DNA of 64,000 nt from a bacterium (GTDB lineage: Bacteria > Zhuqueibacterota > Zhuqueibacteria > Residuimicrobiales > Krinioviventaceae): positions 480,001-544,000 of the forward strand of contig CAXXFV010000023.1 of the NCBI GenBank assembly GCA_963674595.2, read 5' to 3'. The notes below the pieces were generated by a model that saw nothing but the letters and a program-made list of their open reading frames with translations, was not told where the DNA came from and ran no database searches. Shown one piece after another: positions 10,679-20,885 of the stretch. The translations under genes and the position numbers were made by a program. Numbering within the stretch: position 1 is the first letter of the stretch; every line of letters starts with the position of its first letter.

Positions 10679-11239
10679 ATGGATTATTTGAAACAAAAAC
10701 GCTTCACAATCTGGACGATTGTTGTGCTTGTTATTTTGAATATTTTCACAATTTCAATGTTGTGGCTTGGGAAAAATAATATGCGAGCGAATAAACCGCC
10801 TTTTAAATTACCAGCACAGAACACGAGGACATTAAAATTTTTACAAAAAGAACTGGATTTAACGGATTCACAAATACAGGATTATAAAAAACTGCGGGAA
10901 GAACATGCAAAAAAGACACAACAGCTCATACATGATATTCGTAAGCTGAAAGAAGAAATGATGGATGAAATATTTACCGGTGATCCGGATTCGTCAATGG
11001 TTACGAAAATAGCCGGGCAAATCGGCGAGAAACAAAGAAAAGTTGAACAGCTTACCTTTGAACACTTTATGGATTTAAAAAAATTGTGTGGTGAACAACA
11101 GGTTCGGAAACTACAGGGACTGGTGGGTGAGTTTTTCAGAAATAATCCGCCACCCGGAAATATGGGACGTGCACCGCGTCCTCCTCAGCCGGGAATGCCT
11201 CCAGGGCGACCTCAAATTCCGCCCGGAGATTTAAATTAA
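10679..11239 (+). CDS. Periplasmic heavy-metal sensor / Spy-CpxP family protein
   Basis: Membrane anchor, LDLTDSQ and LCGEQQ (LTxxQ-like) motifs, helical bundle with His residues, Pro-rich tail. Confidence 0.8.
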   Translation: MDYLKQKRFTIWTIVVLVILNIFTISMLWLGKNNMRANKPPFKLPAQNTRTLKFLQKELDLTDSQIQDYKKLREEHAKKTQQLIHDIRKLKEEMMDEIFTGDPDSSMVTKIAGQIGEKQRKVEQLTFEHFMDLKKLCGEQQVRKLQGLVGEFFRNNPPPGNMGRAPRPPQPGMPPGRPQIPPGDLN

Positions 11240-11251
11240 TATAGAAATTTC

Positions 11252-11286
11252 AAGCCCCTTATCATTAGATAAGGGGCTTTTTTTTT
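11252..11286 (+). terminator. Rho-independent terminator
   Basis: AAGCCCCTTATC-ATTA-GATAAGGGGCTT followed by a long T run. Confidence 0.9.
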
Positions 11287-11288
11287 AC

Positions 11289-11317
11289 CGCAAGGTTTTT
11301 ATCCAAACAACGTCTTA
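11289..11317 (+). promoter_or_regulatory. Candidate ECF sigma promoter CGCAAG-N16-CGTCT (target gene)
   Basis: cGCAAGgtttttatccaaacaaCGTCTta immediately after the terminator; matches the 10282 motif. Confidence 0.65.
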
Positions 11318-11443
11318 ATATATGAGACCCGGGTAAAATGAATTTTTAAATGGGGTAGCGTGTAGAAAAGCAGCTTGTAAATATACATGTAATTTGTTAT
11401 TCCAAAAACTGAGAGTATAATTTATTTGGAATTGGAGAATAAA

Positions 11444-14400
11444 ATGAAATTAAAAATCATGTTAAGCATCGTAATTTTGACACTTTTGAGTGTTGTTATA
11501 ATGCCTGTTTCCATATTTGCACAGGGAGCACCCCCGGATATTATTGATCATATCGATCCTTCCGGTTCTGCTGCCGGCACAACGAATCTTGCCGTGACAA
11601 TTAATTTACAAGACCTGGGCACACCGCCTGTTCCGCCTTCAGATCTCGAACCGACGCGAGTCACCATCGGTACGCTGGAAGGGCGGGACATTGCCCGTAA
11701 TAACCTGGTCATCACTGCCGTGTTTGATATTCCGGCGAATGAAACCAATGGACAGAAAAGCCTGTCACTCACCTTTCCCGGGCCAAATAATCAGGACATT
11801 ACCTTTACTAAAGCAAATGCCTTTTTAGTAACGGGAGGTGAAGATGGCGATAATCCTGGCGAACCGGGCGATTCTGTTGACGTCACCGGAGACCTCGGCT
11901 GTTTGACCTATCCTGTCGTCGATACAGGACAGGACAAGTGTTATGATACCAGCGGTCAGATATCCATGCCCGGCCAGGAGGCGGCTTTTTATGGACAGGA
12001 TGGTCAGATGAACGGATACCAACCCAGCTATACGATCAGTTCAGATGGATTAACCGTGGATGATAATGTAACCGGTCTCACCTGGACCCGCAAAGCCGAC
12101 TGGGATGGCAACGGTACCGTAGATGCGGATGATAAATTCACCTACGCTGATGCCATGTCATACGTAGCTACAGTAAACGCCAATAATCTGGGTGGATATA
12201 ACGACTGGCGTCTGCCGAGTATCAAGGAGCTTTATTCTCTGATCGATTATCGTGGGACAGATCCCAATGTTCAGTCGTCGAACAGTGTCGGGTTGGTTCC
12301 GTTTATAAATGACAATGTGTTCCAATTCGGATATGGAGATATGGATGCCGGTGACCGAATTATCGACTCTCAATGGGCCACCACAACGCTGTATGTCGGT
12401 TCGGTAATGGGGGGGCAGCAGGCTATGTTTGGCGTCAACTTTGCGGATGGACGGATCAAGGGGTATCCCGTATCCAGCGGTCCCGGGGGATTTGAAAAGA
12501 CCTACTATCTCCGTTTGTGCCGTGGAAATACAGCTTATGGAGAAAATGATTTTATGGATAATGATGATGGTACCGTAACAGACAATGCCACCGGACTAAT
12601 GTGGGCCCGAACGGATAACGGCGCCGGTGTGAATTGGGAAGGCGCCCTGGCCTATGCCCAGCAGATGAATTCTGAAAACTATTTGGGTTACAGCGACTGG
12701 CGTTTGCCCAATGCCAAAGAACTGCAGAGTCTGTTGGACTATAGCCGCTCCCCCGACACTCATGGTACGGCCGCTATTAATCCTCTGTTCAATTGCACAC
12801 AGATCACCAATGAGGCAGGGCAGCCCGACTATCCCTTTTACTGGTCGAGTACCACTTTTTTGAGTTTCAACGGCAGTGCTTTCCGGGCCGTATACGTCGC
12901 CTTTGGACGTGGCCTGGGTTCCATGGATGGATCGAATGTGATCGATGTACACGGTGCCGGTTGCCAGCGAAGCGATCCCAAGGACGGCAATACCGGCGAC
13001 TATCCCGCTTGGGGCTTTGGTCCCCAGGGGGACGTGCAAAGGGTGTTCAACTATGTCCGTTTGGTGCGTACGTCAGAGAAAACGGATTCAGATGATCCGG
13101 GGACAGGTGAGGCCGGCGACGGTGCCACCTTGTTTGCCCCTCAGGGCAGTACCACAACCTATCTGATGGATGAAAACGAGGAGATGATAAAAACCTGGCA
13201 AAGCAGTTATCGTCCCGGTCTTTCCTGCTACCTGCTTGATGATAAATCTCTGCTGCGGACCGGAAGTTTAGGTCCTCAGGGTAACAGCGTATTCGGCAGT
13301 ACCGGTGGTTCCGGTGGTGTTGTTGAACGATACGACTGGGACGGCAATCTCATCTGGGACTTTACCTATTCGAGCGATAACTATTTACTACATCATGATA
13401 TCGAGTACCTGCCCAATGGTAACATCCTCATGATCGCCTGGGAACGAAAGACCCAGGCGGAGGCTTTGGCGGAAGGACGTAATCCTTTATTATTATCTGG
13501 CGGTGAGTTGTGGCCGGACAAAATCATTGAGGTGGCGCCGGACGGTTCATCAGGAGGCGACATCATCTGGGAATGGCATGTCTGGGACCATTTGATTCAG
13601 GACTATGACGCATCCAAATCCAATTTCGGGACTGTGTCAGATCATCCTGAAAAGATCAACCTCAATTTTGTACAGGGCCGTGAGAGTGCCGACTGGAACC
13701 ATATAAACGCCGTGGACTATAATGAAGAATTGGACCAGATTCTGCTCACTGTGCACAATTTTAGCGAGATATGGATTATCGATCACAACACAACCACCGC
13801 CGGGGCGGCCGGAACTGCCGGAGATTTGCTCTATCGCTGGGGTAACCCTCAGGCTTATGGGCAGGGCGATAATTCGCAACAACAGCTTTTTGTTCCCCAT
13901 GACGGTCACTGGATAGAGAAAGGCTGTCCCGGCGAGGGTGACATTTTGATTTTTAACAACGGGGCAAACCGTCCTGACGGCAACTATTCCACTGTGGACC
14001 AGGTTACACCACCCCTGAACAGTAATGGTCGTTATGACCTGGAAAACGGTTCGGTTTATGGACCCTCATCAACAACCTGGATGTACGAGGCTGATCCGGC
14101 CACTCTGTTTTTTGCAGACCATATATCAAGCGCCCAGCGTCTGTCCAACGGTAACACCCTGATATGCAACGGTCCGGCTGGTACTTTTTTTGAAGTCAAT
14201 ACAACTGGTGACATTGAGTGGGAGTATGTGAATCCCTATACTGCTATGACGCCTCAGGGCGAAACGAATGAGGTTTTCCGTGCTGTACGCTATGATCTGG
14301 ACGCCCTTGGTCAGGGGAATTCCTCTACATATATAGAAAATGATGAAAATGATACTTTGCTTCCGGAAACGGTTGTGCTCAATCCAAACTATCCAAATCC

Positions 14401-14644
14401 TTTTAATCCGGTTACCTCTATAAGTTTTAGTTTGCCCAACACAATGAATGTAGAACTGACAGTTTATAATCTCCAGGGACAAAAGGTGAAAACACTGTTG
14501 ACCGGTGTTCAAAATGCCGGGGTTTACCAGGTGACCTGGGACAGTACGGATGAAAACGGGACAAAAGTAACTTCGGGCGTCTACATCTGTCAGATAATCG
14601 CCGAAAGTCAGCGGGAAATCCGTAAAATGAGCCTGATCAAGTAG
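11444..14644 (+). CDS. Secreted multidomain protein: Ig-like, 2x DUF1566 (Lcl), arylsulfotransferase beta-propeller, C-terminal sorting (FlgD-Ig/T9SS-A-like) domain
   Basis: Two DNxTGLxW...GYxDWRLPxxKELxSL repeats; HHDIEYLPNGNIL, DWNHINAVDY and SSAQRLSNGNTLI ASST motifs; NYPNPFNP tail. Confidence 0.85.
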   Translation: MKLKIMLSIVILTLLSVVIMPVSIFAQGAPPDIIDHIDPSGSAAGTTNLAVTINLQDLGTPPVPPSDLEPTRVTIGTLEGRDIARNNLVITAVFDIPANETNGQKSLSLTFPGPNNQDITFTKANAFLVTGGEDGDNPGEPGDSVDVTGDLGCLTYPVVDTGQDKCYDTSGQISMPGQEAAFYGQDGQMNGYQPSYTISSDGLTVDDNVTGLTWTRKADWDGNGTVDADDKFTYADAMSYVATVNANNLGGYNDWRLPSIKELYSLIDYRGTDPNVQSSNSVGLVPFINDNVFQFGYGDMDAGDRIIDSQWATTTLYVGSVMGGQQAMFGVNFADGRIKGYPVSSGPGGFEKTYYLRLCRGNTAYGENDFMDNDDGTVTDNATGLMWARTDNGAGVNWEGALAYAQQMNSENYLGYSDWRLPNAKELQSLLDYSRSPDTHGTAAINPLFNCTQITNEAGQPDYPFYWSSTTFLSFNGSAFRAVYVAFGRGLGSMDGSNVIDVHGAGCQRSDPKDGNTGDYPAWGFGPQGDVQRVFNYVRLVRTSEKTDSDDPGTGEAGDGATLFAPQGSTTTYLMDENEEMIKTWQSSYRPGLSCYLLDDKSLLRTGSLGPQGNSVFGSTGGSGGVVERYDWDGNLIWDFTYSSDNYLLHHDIEYLPNGNILMIAWERKTQAEALAEGRNPLLLSGGELWPDKIIEVAPDGSSGGDIIWEWHVWDHLIQDYDASKSNFGTVSDHPEKINLNFVQGRESADWNHINAVDYNEELDQILLTVHNFSEIWIIDHNTTTAGAAGTAGDLLYRWGNPQAYGQGDNSQQQLFVPHDGHWIEKGCPGEGDILIFNNGANRPDGNYSTVDQVTPPLNSNGRYDLENGSVYGPSSTTWMYEADPATLFFADHISSAQRLSNGNTLICNGPAGTFFEVNTTGDIEWEYVNPYTAMTPQGETNEVFRAVRYDLDALGQGNSSTYIENDENDTLLPETVVLNPNYPNPFNPVTSISFSLPNTMNVELTVYNLQGQKVKTLLTGVQNAGVYQVTWDSTDENGTKVTSGVYICQIIAESQREIRKMSLIK

Positions 14645-14656
14645 GACCTTTCATAT

Positions 14657-14695
14657 AAAAAAAGGATGTTGGAAATTTATTTGACATCCTTTTTT
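14657..14695 (+). terminator. Rho-independent terminator
   Basis: AAAAAAGGATGT...ACATCCTTTTTT inverted repeat. Confidence 0.75.
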
Positions 14696-14918
14696 AAAAA
14701 TTATTTCAAGGGGAAAAAATGGCGGCCGGATTCCGCACCAAAAACATGTTTTAAAATTTCCACATATTTAAATTGGGGTAATGTAAAGCGAATTTTTTTA
14801 AAATATCCTTTGAAAACAGCGCCTTTTATTTGTACTTTAATTATGTCCCTTTTCTCTCTATTACGGCATAGACTTGTTCATTCCATTTAAAACCCATAAT
14901 TTATTGGAGGTAGAAACA

Positions 14919-16106
14919 ATGCTGCGGAAAATGTTTTACGTCTTATTTATCCTTATTATCGTGTCCGGACTGTTTTTTTGCCAAAATAATTCAACGGCTG
15001 ATGCTCCGGTGCCTGTCATTCATGTAACGGATTTATATACACCGGCAGGCGACCCTGATGATCATTGGGACCTTGCTTGTGAATTTGCATTGGCTTATCA
15101 GGAGAAAATTGATCTTAAAGGTATTGTTATTGATTGTGACCCGGACAACGTTCTGAATGGTAAAAGGCTTGACTGCGGTGATCCGGATGTGCGCGCTGTG
15201 GCCCAAATGAATTATATTACAGGTTTGAGCGTACCTGCTGTTATTGGAACACGCGGAAAAATACAATCCACTAATCTGAAGGATGAACTAGCTTCTCGTA
15301 AAGACCTCGGCGCTGTGAATTTTATTTTAAAAACACTAGAGGAATCACCACAGCCGGTTGTTATTCACGTCACCGGCACGGCCAGGGATGTTGCCCTGGC
15401 AGGACACGCTGATCCGCAATTGTTCACTGAAAAATGCAAAGCCATCTATTACAACGCCGGATTGTCACGTAATGACGGCAAGAGCGGAGAATATAATACC
15501 GGGCTCGATAGAATCGGCTATGCTGCGCTTTTTAATGTGCCGTGCCCCATCTATTGGATGCCTTGTTTTTCTGCCGGCAGCGGGTGGCACAAATTCCCGG
15601 ACAGACGCGAAGAACTTTATGGAGACCGCTATAATGACATTATAGATTATGAAACATTCTGGAAGTTTACGCATGAAGAAATTTTGTCGGACCTGTCTGA
15701 AAATACACAGAAATTTTTTGCCTATATGTATGAAAATTATAAAGACTATAATAAAAACGAACCGGTAACTGAAAACTTTTTACGCTACCTGTATGCCGAC
15801 AAGAATGAGGATATTATTCAGGAAGTGAATCCCAGTGTGAGACACATGTGGTGTACGGCCGGATTTTTACACGCTGCCGGACTATGTGTGGACAAGAATG
15901 GAACCATACAATCACTTGAGGAAGCAAAAGACAATAAATGGTACCGATTTGAACCTGCCAAAATAACGTCAGATGATAATGGCGCCACAACCTGGTCAAT
16001 TGATACAGAAGCAAAAGACAGGTTTATTTTCCGTCATTTGGGCTGGGATCAATATAATGAATCCATGAAAAAAGGGGCAAAAGAGCTGCTATTAAAACTG
16101 CCGTAA
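14919..16106 (+). CDS. Exported nucleoside-hydrolase-like protein
   Basis: VTDLY...DPDDHWD motif and EYN; signal/lipoprotein peptide; GGAGG RBS before ATG 14919. Confidence 0.7.
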   Translation: MLRKMFYVLFILIIVSGLFFCQNNSTADAPVPVIHVTDLYTPAGDPDDHWDLACEFALAYQEKIDLKGIVIDCDPDNVLNGKRLDCGDPDVRAVAQMNYITGLSVPAVIGTRGKIQSTNLKDELASRKDLGAVNFILKTLEESPQPVVIHVTGTARDVALAGHADPQLFTEKCKAIYYNAGLSRNDGKSGEYNTGLDRIGYAALFNVPCPIYWMPCFSAGSGWHKFPDRREELYGDRYNDIIDYETFWKFTHEEILSDLSENTQKFFAYMYENYKDYNKNEPVTENFLRYLYADKNEDIIQEVNPSVRHMWCTAGFLHAAGLCVDKNGTIQSLEEAKDNKWYRFEPAKITSDDNGATTWSIDTEAKDRFIFRHLGWDQYNESMKKGAKELLLKLP

Positions 16107-16153
16107 AAAATGTAAACAGGATTTTTTTAAACACTCAATGAAAATACATTCTG

Positions 16154-16188
16154 TAAGGGCCCAACATCTCAACATGTTTGGGCCCTTA
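16154..16188 (+). terminator. Hairpin, probable terminator
   Basis: TAAGGGCCCAA...TTGGGCCCTTA inverted repeat after the gene; weak T tail. Confidence 0.6.
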
Positions 16189-16350
16189 TAGTCCCTGCCT
16201 TGATAATATTCAATATTTTTACAAATATCTCTTGCGCTGTTTTTATTTAATTTGTATTATTCAATTGTCAGCATTAATATCACTTTTTTAGGACAATTGG
16301 GTGGTCACGGGCGTTCCTGAAAGAATTTTTGCTGGTTTATGACCGTTGTA

Positions 16351-16508
16351 AATCTATGTTCCCGCTGGGATATAGAAATAGACAAACCTGGATCGTAACG
16401 ATCCTTGTTCTCAATAGAATTTGGGCTATTATCTATTTCATTTGGGGGCCAAAGTCTCAGGAAAAACAAGGAGATGGTGTTGACCAAAATTATTTGAATA
16501 AAAAGTAA
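16351..16508 (+). pseudogene. Frameshifted remnant of a small PLDc_N-like membrane protein gene (copy 1)
   Basis: Translates NLCSRWDIEIDK, frameshift, TWIVTILVLNRIWAIIYFIWGPKS...; homologous to 19650-19800. Confidence 0.6.
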
Positions 16509-16709
16509 TCTGAAGGTTACTTTTTCGGAATTTTTGTCTTTACCCGGGAAAATGAAAACTACTACTTTATTAAATCTGTAGGGATGTTACTTTTGTTGAT
16601 TGATCATTTTTAATCCACCCAAATTTTTTAGATTTGGTTTATTTCATACTTACAAAGTGATCAAGTTTTTTCAATGTCGCCAAAAATAGAAAAGTAAGGA
16701 ACTTGCGAA

Positions 16710-19604
16710 ATGTTTTATAAACTATTTTTATGTATTTTATTAATATTTGTTTTTACGATTGATAACGTTTTTAGTAATGAAACTGAAGATTGGATTAATT
16801 ATTTTGCCTTGGAAAGTTCATCATGTAATAATGAATTAACAATTTCTACAATAGATAGTTCAGGAAATGTAATCGTAACAGGCGTTGGTTATAGTCAAAA
16901 TTATGGGAATTGTATAACCACTATAAAATATGACGCCCTTGGAAATAGAATTTGGTTGGAAAATTATGACGGTGGCGGTTTAAATGAAATTTATCCTATT
17001 GATATAGTTACTGATCTTGATGGAAATGTATTCGTTTTAGGGGAAATAAAAAATCGTAAAACTTATTATGATTTTTTAATTTTAAAATACGATTCTAAAG
17101 GACATTTTTTATGGGAAAAAATCTATAATGGAAAAGATAACCTTGATGACAGGCCGGCAAGTATTGCTTTAGATTTACAGGGCAATATTTATGCGACAGG
17201 GAAAAGTGAATCAATTAGCGGCTATTATAACTTTTTAACGTTAAAATTAAATTGTGATGGAATTTTAGAATGGTATGAACTTTATGATGGAGATAACAAT
17301 TTTGATGGTGCGGTTGACATCGTTGCCGATATTTCCGGTAATGTATATGTGGCAGGGAAAAGTGCTAAAATGAATTCAAAAACTGATATCATAATCCTTA
17401 AATATAATAGTGAAGGTCAAAGAATGTGGTTAACTAGATATAGTAGTGTAACAGACGGCTTGGCTAATGTGCATAATATATTTTTAGGGGTAGATGGTAA
17501 TTTCTATATCATTGGGACAGAATCTGATTCGCATGGAAATGTAGATTGCGTTACAATTAAGTATAATCCTTTGGATGGAGTAAAAGTTTGGGCGTCTCAA
17601 TTTGGTAATCCAGGTGAAACGGAAATGGGTATGGGTATAACACAGGATGAAAATGGTAATATTATTGTTCTGGTAATTAACGAAGAAAAAAATAATGGAT
17701 TTTATAATTCAATAATTAAATATGATCAGGATGGAAATGAATTATGGCGTGCCAAAGAATTAATGTCACAAACAGATGGTATCTTTAGAAATTTTCCCAT
17801 AGATATTGATGCAGATGGAAATGTTTATTCAGGAGGGTATTATACCACACAAGATTCTTTGAATAATAAAAAATACAATTACTTGTTTACAAGCTATAAT
17901 AACCAAGGCGTAAAAAATTGGACCATTATAAATGATGTCGACTTGTCTGAAAATAACATTCTAGCGGCAATTCATTGTGTCAGTCGAAATAGCATTTTTT
18001 TAACAGGGAAATCATATTATCCGGATTCCGGCTACGATTATACAGTACAAAATTATGACATTTGTGGAAATAAAAATTGGACGATGAGGCATAATGAAAT
18101 TGGTAAATTGTCATGCAGTGCAAGTAATATTGGTATTGATCAAAATGATAATATTTATGTTATAGGAGCATATATCAATGGTTTTTTAATTATTAAATAT
18201 GATAGGTTAGGAAATGAACAATGGTATATTAATCATCCAAATCCCTCAATCTCTTATTTGCAATATCTAACTTCATATATTGATAAGTTGGGTAATATTT
18301 ATTACGTTGGATTATCTAGTGTGAGGTCAAATTCGATACCGGCTGGCTCAGACTCGATCAAGTCGGTAATAATAAAGTACAGTACAAATGGTATATATGA
18401 ATGGCAAACGTCTCTAAACAATATTAAAATATCTAATTTAAAGTCAGATAAATGTGGGAATGTTTATGTAACTGGAACAAAATCATTATTATCACAATTA
18501 CCTACTTTTATTACAATAAAATATGATAAATTTGGATTAAAACAATGGGAAAACGAATATGATGACAGCAGTACAAACATAGATAAATCTTTATTTATAA
18601 ATTATGATTCGAAAAGCAATGTTTATATATGTGGTACAAATTATAATTCTTATTCGAATTCAAAATGTACTATAGTCAAATATAGTTCTGACGGTAACGA
18701 ATTATGGAAACAAACAATTAATGGAATACCGATTGATTTTGAACTTGACGGTAATGATAATGTACTTTTATTAGGGCAAGGAATTTATCCAAACAATTTT
18801 GTTGCTAGATATTTATCGGATGGCACCAGAGATTGGATAATAAATAGGGAAGATATAAGTTTTATCAAATTAGCAATTAGTTTAAAAGATAATATATTTA
18901 TTGTTGCCAGAAAAAGAGATGTTGAAGGAAAATATGTTTTTAGTACAACTAAATATGAAAAAACAGGGATAAAAAAATGGGATGCCATTTTTTCTGATTT
19001 TATTAAAGATGATAATAAAATAATTGATTTGTGTGTTGATAACAATGAAAATGTCTATATTGTTGGTTGCATGGATTCTGATATTTTTAATGATCCTGAC
19101 TATAGTGATATCGATTATATTAATATGAAATATAATACTGAAGGCTCCATCCAATGGATTAAAAATTATTCAGGTGTAGGATTTTCTTTTGATAAGCCTG
19201 TAGGTTTGACAATTGATTCAAATAATTCTATTTATATAACTGGAACTTCGGGTGCTCATTCTTGGAAAGTAATTACAACAATGAAATATAATCAAGGGCA
19301 AACCCAAGTTGAAAAAATGTTAAATGATACAGTTAAACCACATAACTTTGAACTCCTCCAAAATTATCCAAATCCTTTCAATTCAAAAACTATAATAAAC
19401 TACCAAATACATAAAAAGTCAAAAGTGATCCTTGAAATTTTTAATTTGAATGGAGAAAAAATAATAACATTAATAAATAAAATACATGATAAAGGTAGGT
19501 ACTCAATTGAGTGGGATGCAAGTAAATATAGTTCTGGCCTTTATATATGTAGAATACAAAACGGGAAAATGTTTGAGGCTAGGAAAATGATTTTCCTTAA
19601 ATAA
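16710..19604 (+). CDS. Secreted SBBP/beta-propeller repeat protein with C-terminal sorting domain
   Basis: Many DxxGNVYVTG...TIKYDxxGxxxW repeats; LLQNYPNPFN tail; visibly lower GC than neighbours. Confidence 0.9.
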   Translation: MFYKLFLCILLIFVFTIDNVFSNETEDWINYFALESSSCNNELTISTIDSSGNVIVTGVGYSQNYGNCITTIKYDALGNRIWLENYDGGGLNEIYPIDIVTDLDGNVFVLGEIKNRKTYYDFLILKYDSKGHFLWEKIYNGKDNLDDRPASIALDLQGNIYATGKSESISGYYNFLTLKLNCDGILEWYELYDGDNNFDGAVDIVADISGNVYVAGKSAKMNSKTDIIILKYNSEGQRMWLTRYSSVTDGLANVHNIFLGVDGNFYIIGTESDSHGNVDCVTIKYNPLDGVKVWASQFGNPGETEMGMGITQDENGNIIVLVINEEKNNGFYNSIIKYDQDGNELWRAKELMSQTDGIFRNFPIDIDADGNVYSGGYYTTQDSLNNKKYNYLFTSYNNQGVKNWTIINDVDLSENNILAAIHCVSRNSIFLTGKSYYPDSGYDYTVQNYDICGNKNWTMRHNEIGKLSCSASNIGIDQNDNIYVIGAYINGFLIIKYDRLGNEQWYINHPNPSISYLQYLTSYIDKLGNIYYVGLSSVRSNSIPAGSDSIKSVIIKYSTNGIYEWQTSLNNIKISNLKSDKCGNVYVTGTKSLLSQLPTFITIKYDKFGLKQWENEYDDSSTNIDKSLFINYDSKSNVYICGTNYNSYSNSKCTIVKYSSDGNELWKQTINGIPIDFELDGNDNVLLLGQGIYPNNFVARYLSDGTRDWIINREDISFIKLAISLKDNIFIVARKRDVEGKYVFSTTKYEKTGIKKWDAIFSDFIKDDNKIIDLCVDNNENVYIVGCMDSDIFNDPDYSDIDYINMKYNTEGSIQWIKNYSGVGFSFDKPVGLTIDSNNSIYITGTSGAHSWKVITTMKYNQGQTQVEKMLNDTVKPHNFELLQNYPNPFNSKTIINYQIHKKSKVILEIFNLNGEKIITLINKIHDKGRYSIEWDASKYSSGLYICRIQNGKMFEARKMIFLK

Positions 19605-19649
19605 AATATTTTCCAATATCGATAAAATAAAGGATCACCCAGATGTTCT

Positions 19650-19800
19650 AACCTCTGCTCCTGTCGGGATATAGAAATTCATAAAAATAAGCTGGATTGT
19701 GACGGTGCTTGTTCTCAATGGTATTGGGGCTATCATCTATTTCATTTGGGGTCCAAAGTCTGTGGTAAAACAAGGTGAAAGTGTTGAGCCAAATAATTAA
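19650..19800 (+). pseudogene. Frameshifted remnant of a small PLDc_N-like membrane protein gene (copy 2)
   Basis: Translates NLCSCRDIEIHK, frameshift, ISWIVTVLVLNGIGAIIYFIWGPKSVVKQGESVEPNN*; no start codon found. Confidence 0.6.
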
Positions 19801-19879
19801 ATTAAAAAAATAAATTTTGCTATTATTGCAACAGGACGGCAATATTGTTATTTTCTATAAATTAGTTATATACTAAAAA

Positions 19880-20515
19880 ATGGGAAAATCAATGAATGAA
19901 ACGCAGTTAATACTCTTTATTATCACATCCCTGGTTGTTATTATTACGCCCGGTCAGGATATGGTGCTGGTCTTGTCGCGGGGCGTTACACAGGGTTCCA
20001 AAGCAGGCGTTGCTACGGCGGCCGGTGTGAGTGTCGGTTTGATCGGGCACACGCTGTTGACGGCGTTTGGTATGGGCGCTTTGTTAATGGCTTCGGAGAT
20101 GGTGTTTTCAGCTATAAAATATATCGGGGCTGCCTACCTTATTTACCTGGGAATTCAACTGCTCTTTTCAAAAACAAAACAACTGGGATTCCGGGATGTA
20201 ACGGCAACACCGTTATCGCGTTTGTTTTTGACCGGGGCGTTTTCAAATATTTCCAATCCCAAAGTAACGATCTTTTACTTTGCTTATCTTCCGCAATTCA
20301 TTTCTTCGGATGTTGCGAATCCTTTGCCTTTACTACTCATGCTCGGTGTCGGATTTTCCTTATTGACCTTTTTAGTAAAAGGAACAGTCGGTTATATGTC
20401 GGGTCGGTTTTCAGCGTGGCTACGGGCACGTCCTGCTGTTTTAAAATGGATAAATAAAACCAGCGGAACGGTTTTACTGGGACTCGGTGTTAAACTCGCT
20501 TTTGAGAAAAGATAG
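19880..20515 (+). CDS. LysE/RhtB family translocator
   Basis: ITPGQD, IKYIGAAYLIYLG and NISNPK motifs. Confidence 0.92.
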   Translation: MGKSMNETQLILFIITSLVVIITPGQDMVLVLSRGVTQGSKAGVATAAGVSVGLIGHTLLTAFGMGALLMASEMVFSAIKYIGAAYLIYLGIQLLFSKTKQLGFRDVTATPLSRLFLTGAFSNISNPKVTIFYFAYLPQFISSDVANPLPLLLMLGVGFSLLTFLVKGTVGYMSGRFSAWLRARPAVLKWINKTSGTVLLGLGVKLAFEKR

Positions 20516-20579
20516 TGCGATGAGAAAATTTTTGATTTTGGTATATTCAGGAAACGATAGTGAATAATTAAAAATCATC

Positions 20580-20631
20580 TTGAATAATGCTAAATATCAT
20601 ATTATATTACTTGTAGGTTAAACTACAAGTA
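20580..20631 (+). promoter_or_regulatory. Toxin-antitoxin promoter with palindromic operator
   Basis: TTGAAT-N17-TATATT followed by TACTTGTAG-N6-CTACAAGTA (20608-20631) abutting the AGGAG RBS. Confidence 0.75.
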
Positions 20632-20642
20632 GGAGTAATACA

Positions 20643-20885
20643 ATGAGTGTTATGAGCATACGAATTGATGATAATAAAAGAAAAGCATTAAAAATTATCG
20701 CATCAATCGAAGGGAAAACAATGGGTGGGATTGTCTCTGATTTGATAGAGGATTATATTACTGAGAACATGGAAAAGGTTAAGGGACTTTCAGAAAAGGA
20801 AAACCTGAGAGAAATAATGAATATGTCTGAAAAATCGTTTATGGAGTGGGACAATGAAGACGATGAAATCTATAACATATTATAA
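20643..20885 (+). CDS. Ribbon-helix-helix antitoxin
   Basis: VMSIRIDD...LKIIASIEGKTM..IV..LIEDY RHH pattern; acidic tail WDNEDDEIY; overlaps the toxin gene. Confidence 0.8.
   Translation: MSVMSIRIDDNKRKALKIIASIEGKTMGGIVSDLIEDYITENMEKVKGLSEKENLREIMNMSEKSFMEWDNEDDEIYNIL

Noticed and set aside
16305-19842. Minus-strand ORFs 16305..16487 and 19648..19842 as a paralogous small-protein pair
   Set aside because: The similarity is real, but synonymous changes and the hydrophobic PLDc_N-like translation place the coding sense on the plus strand.
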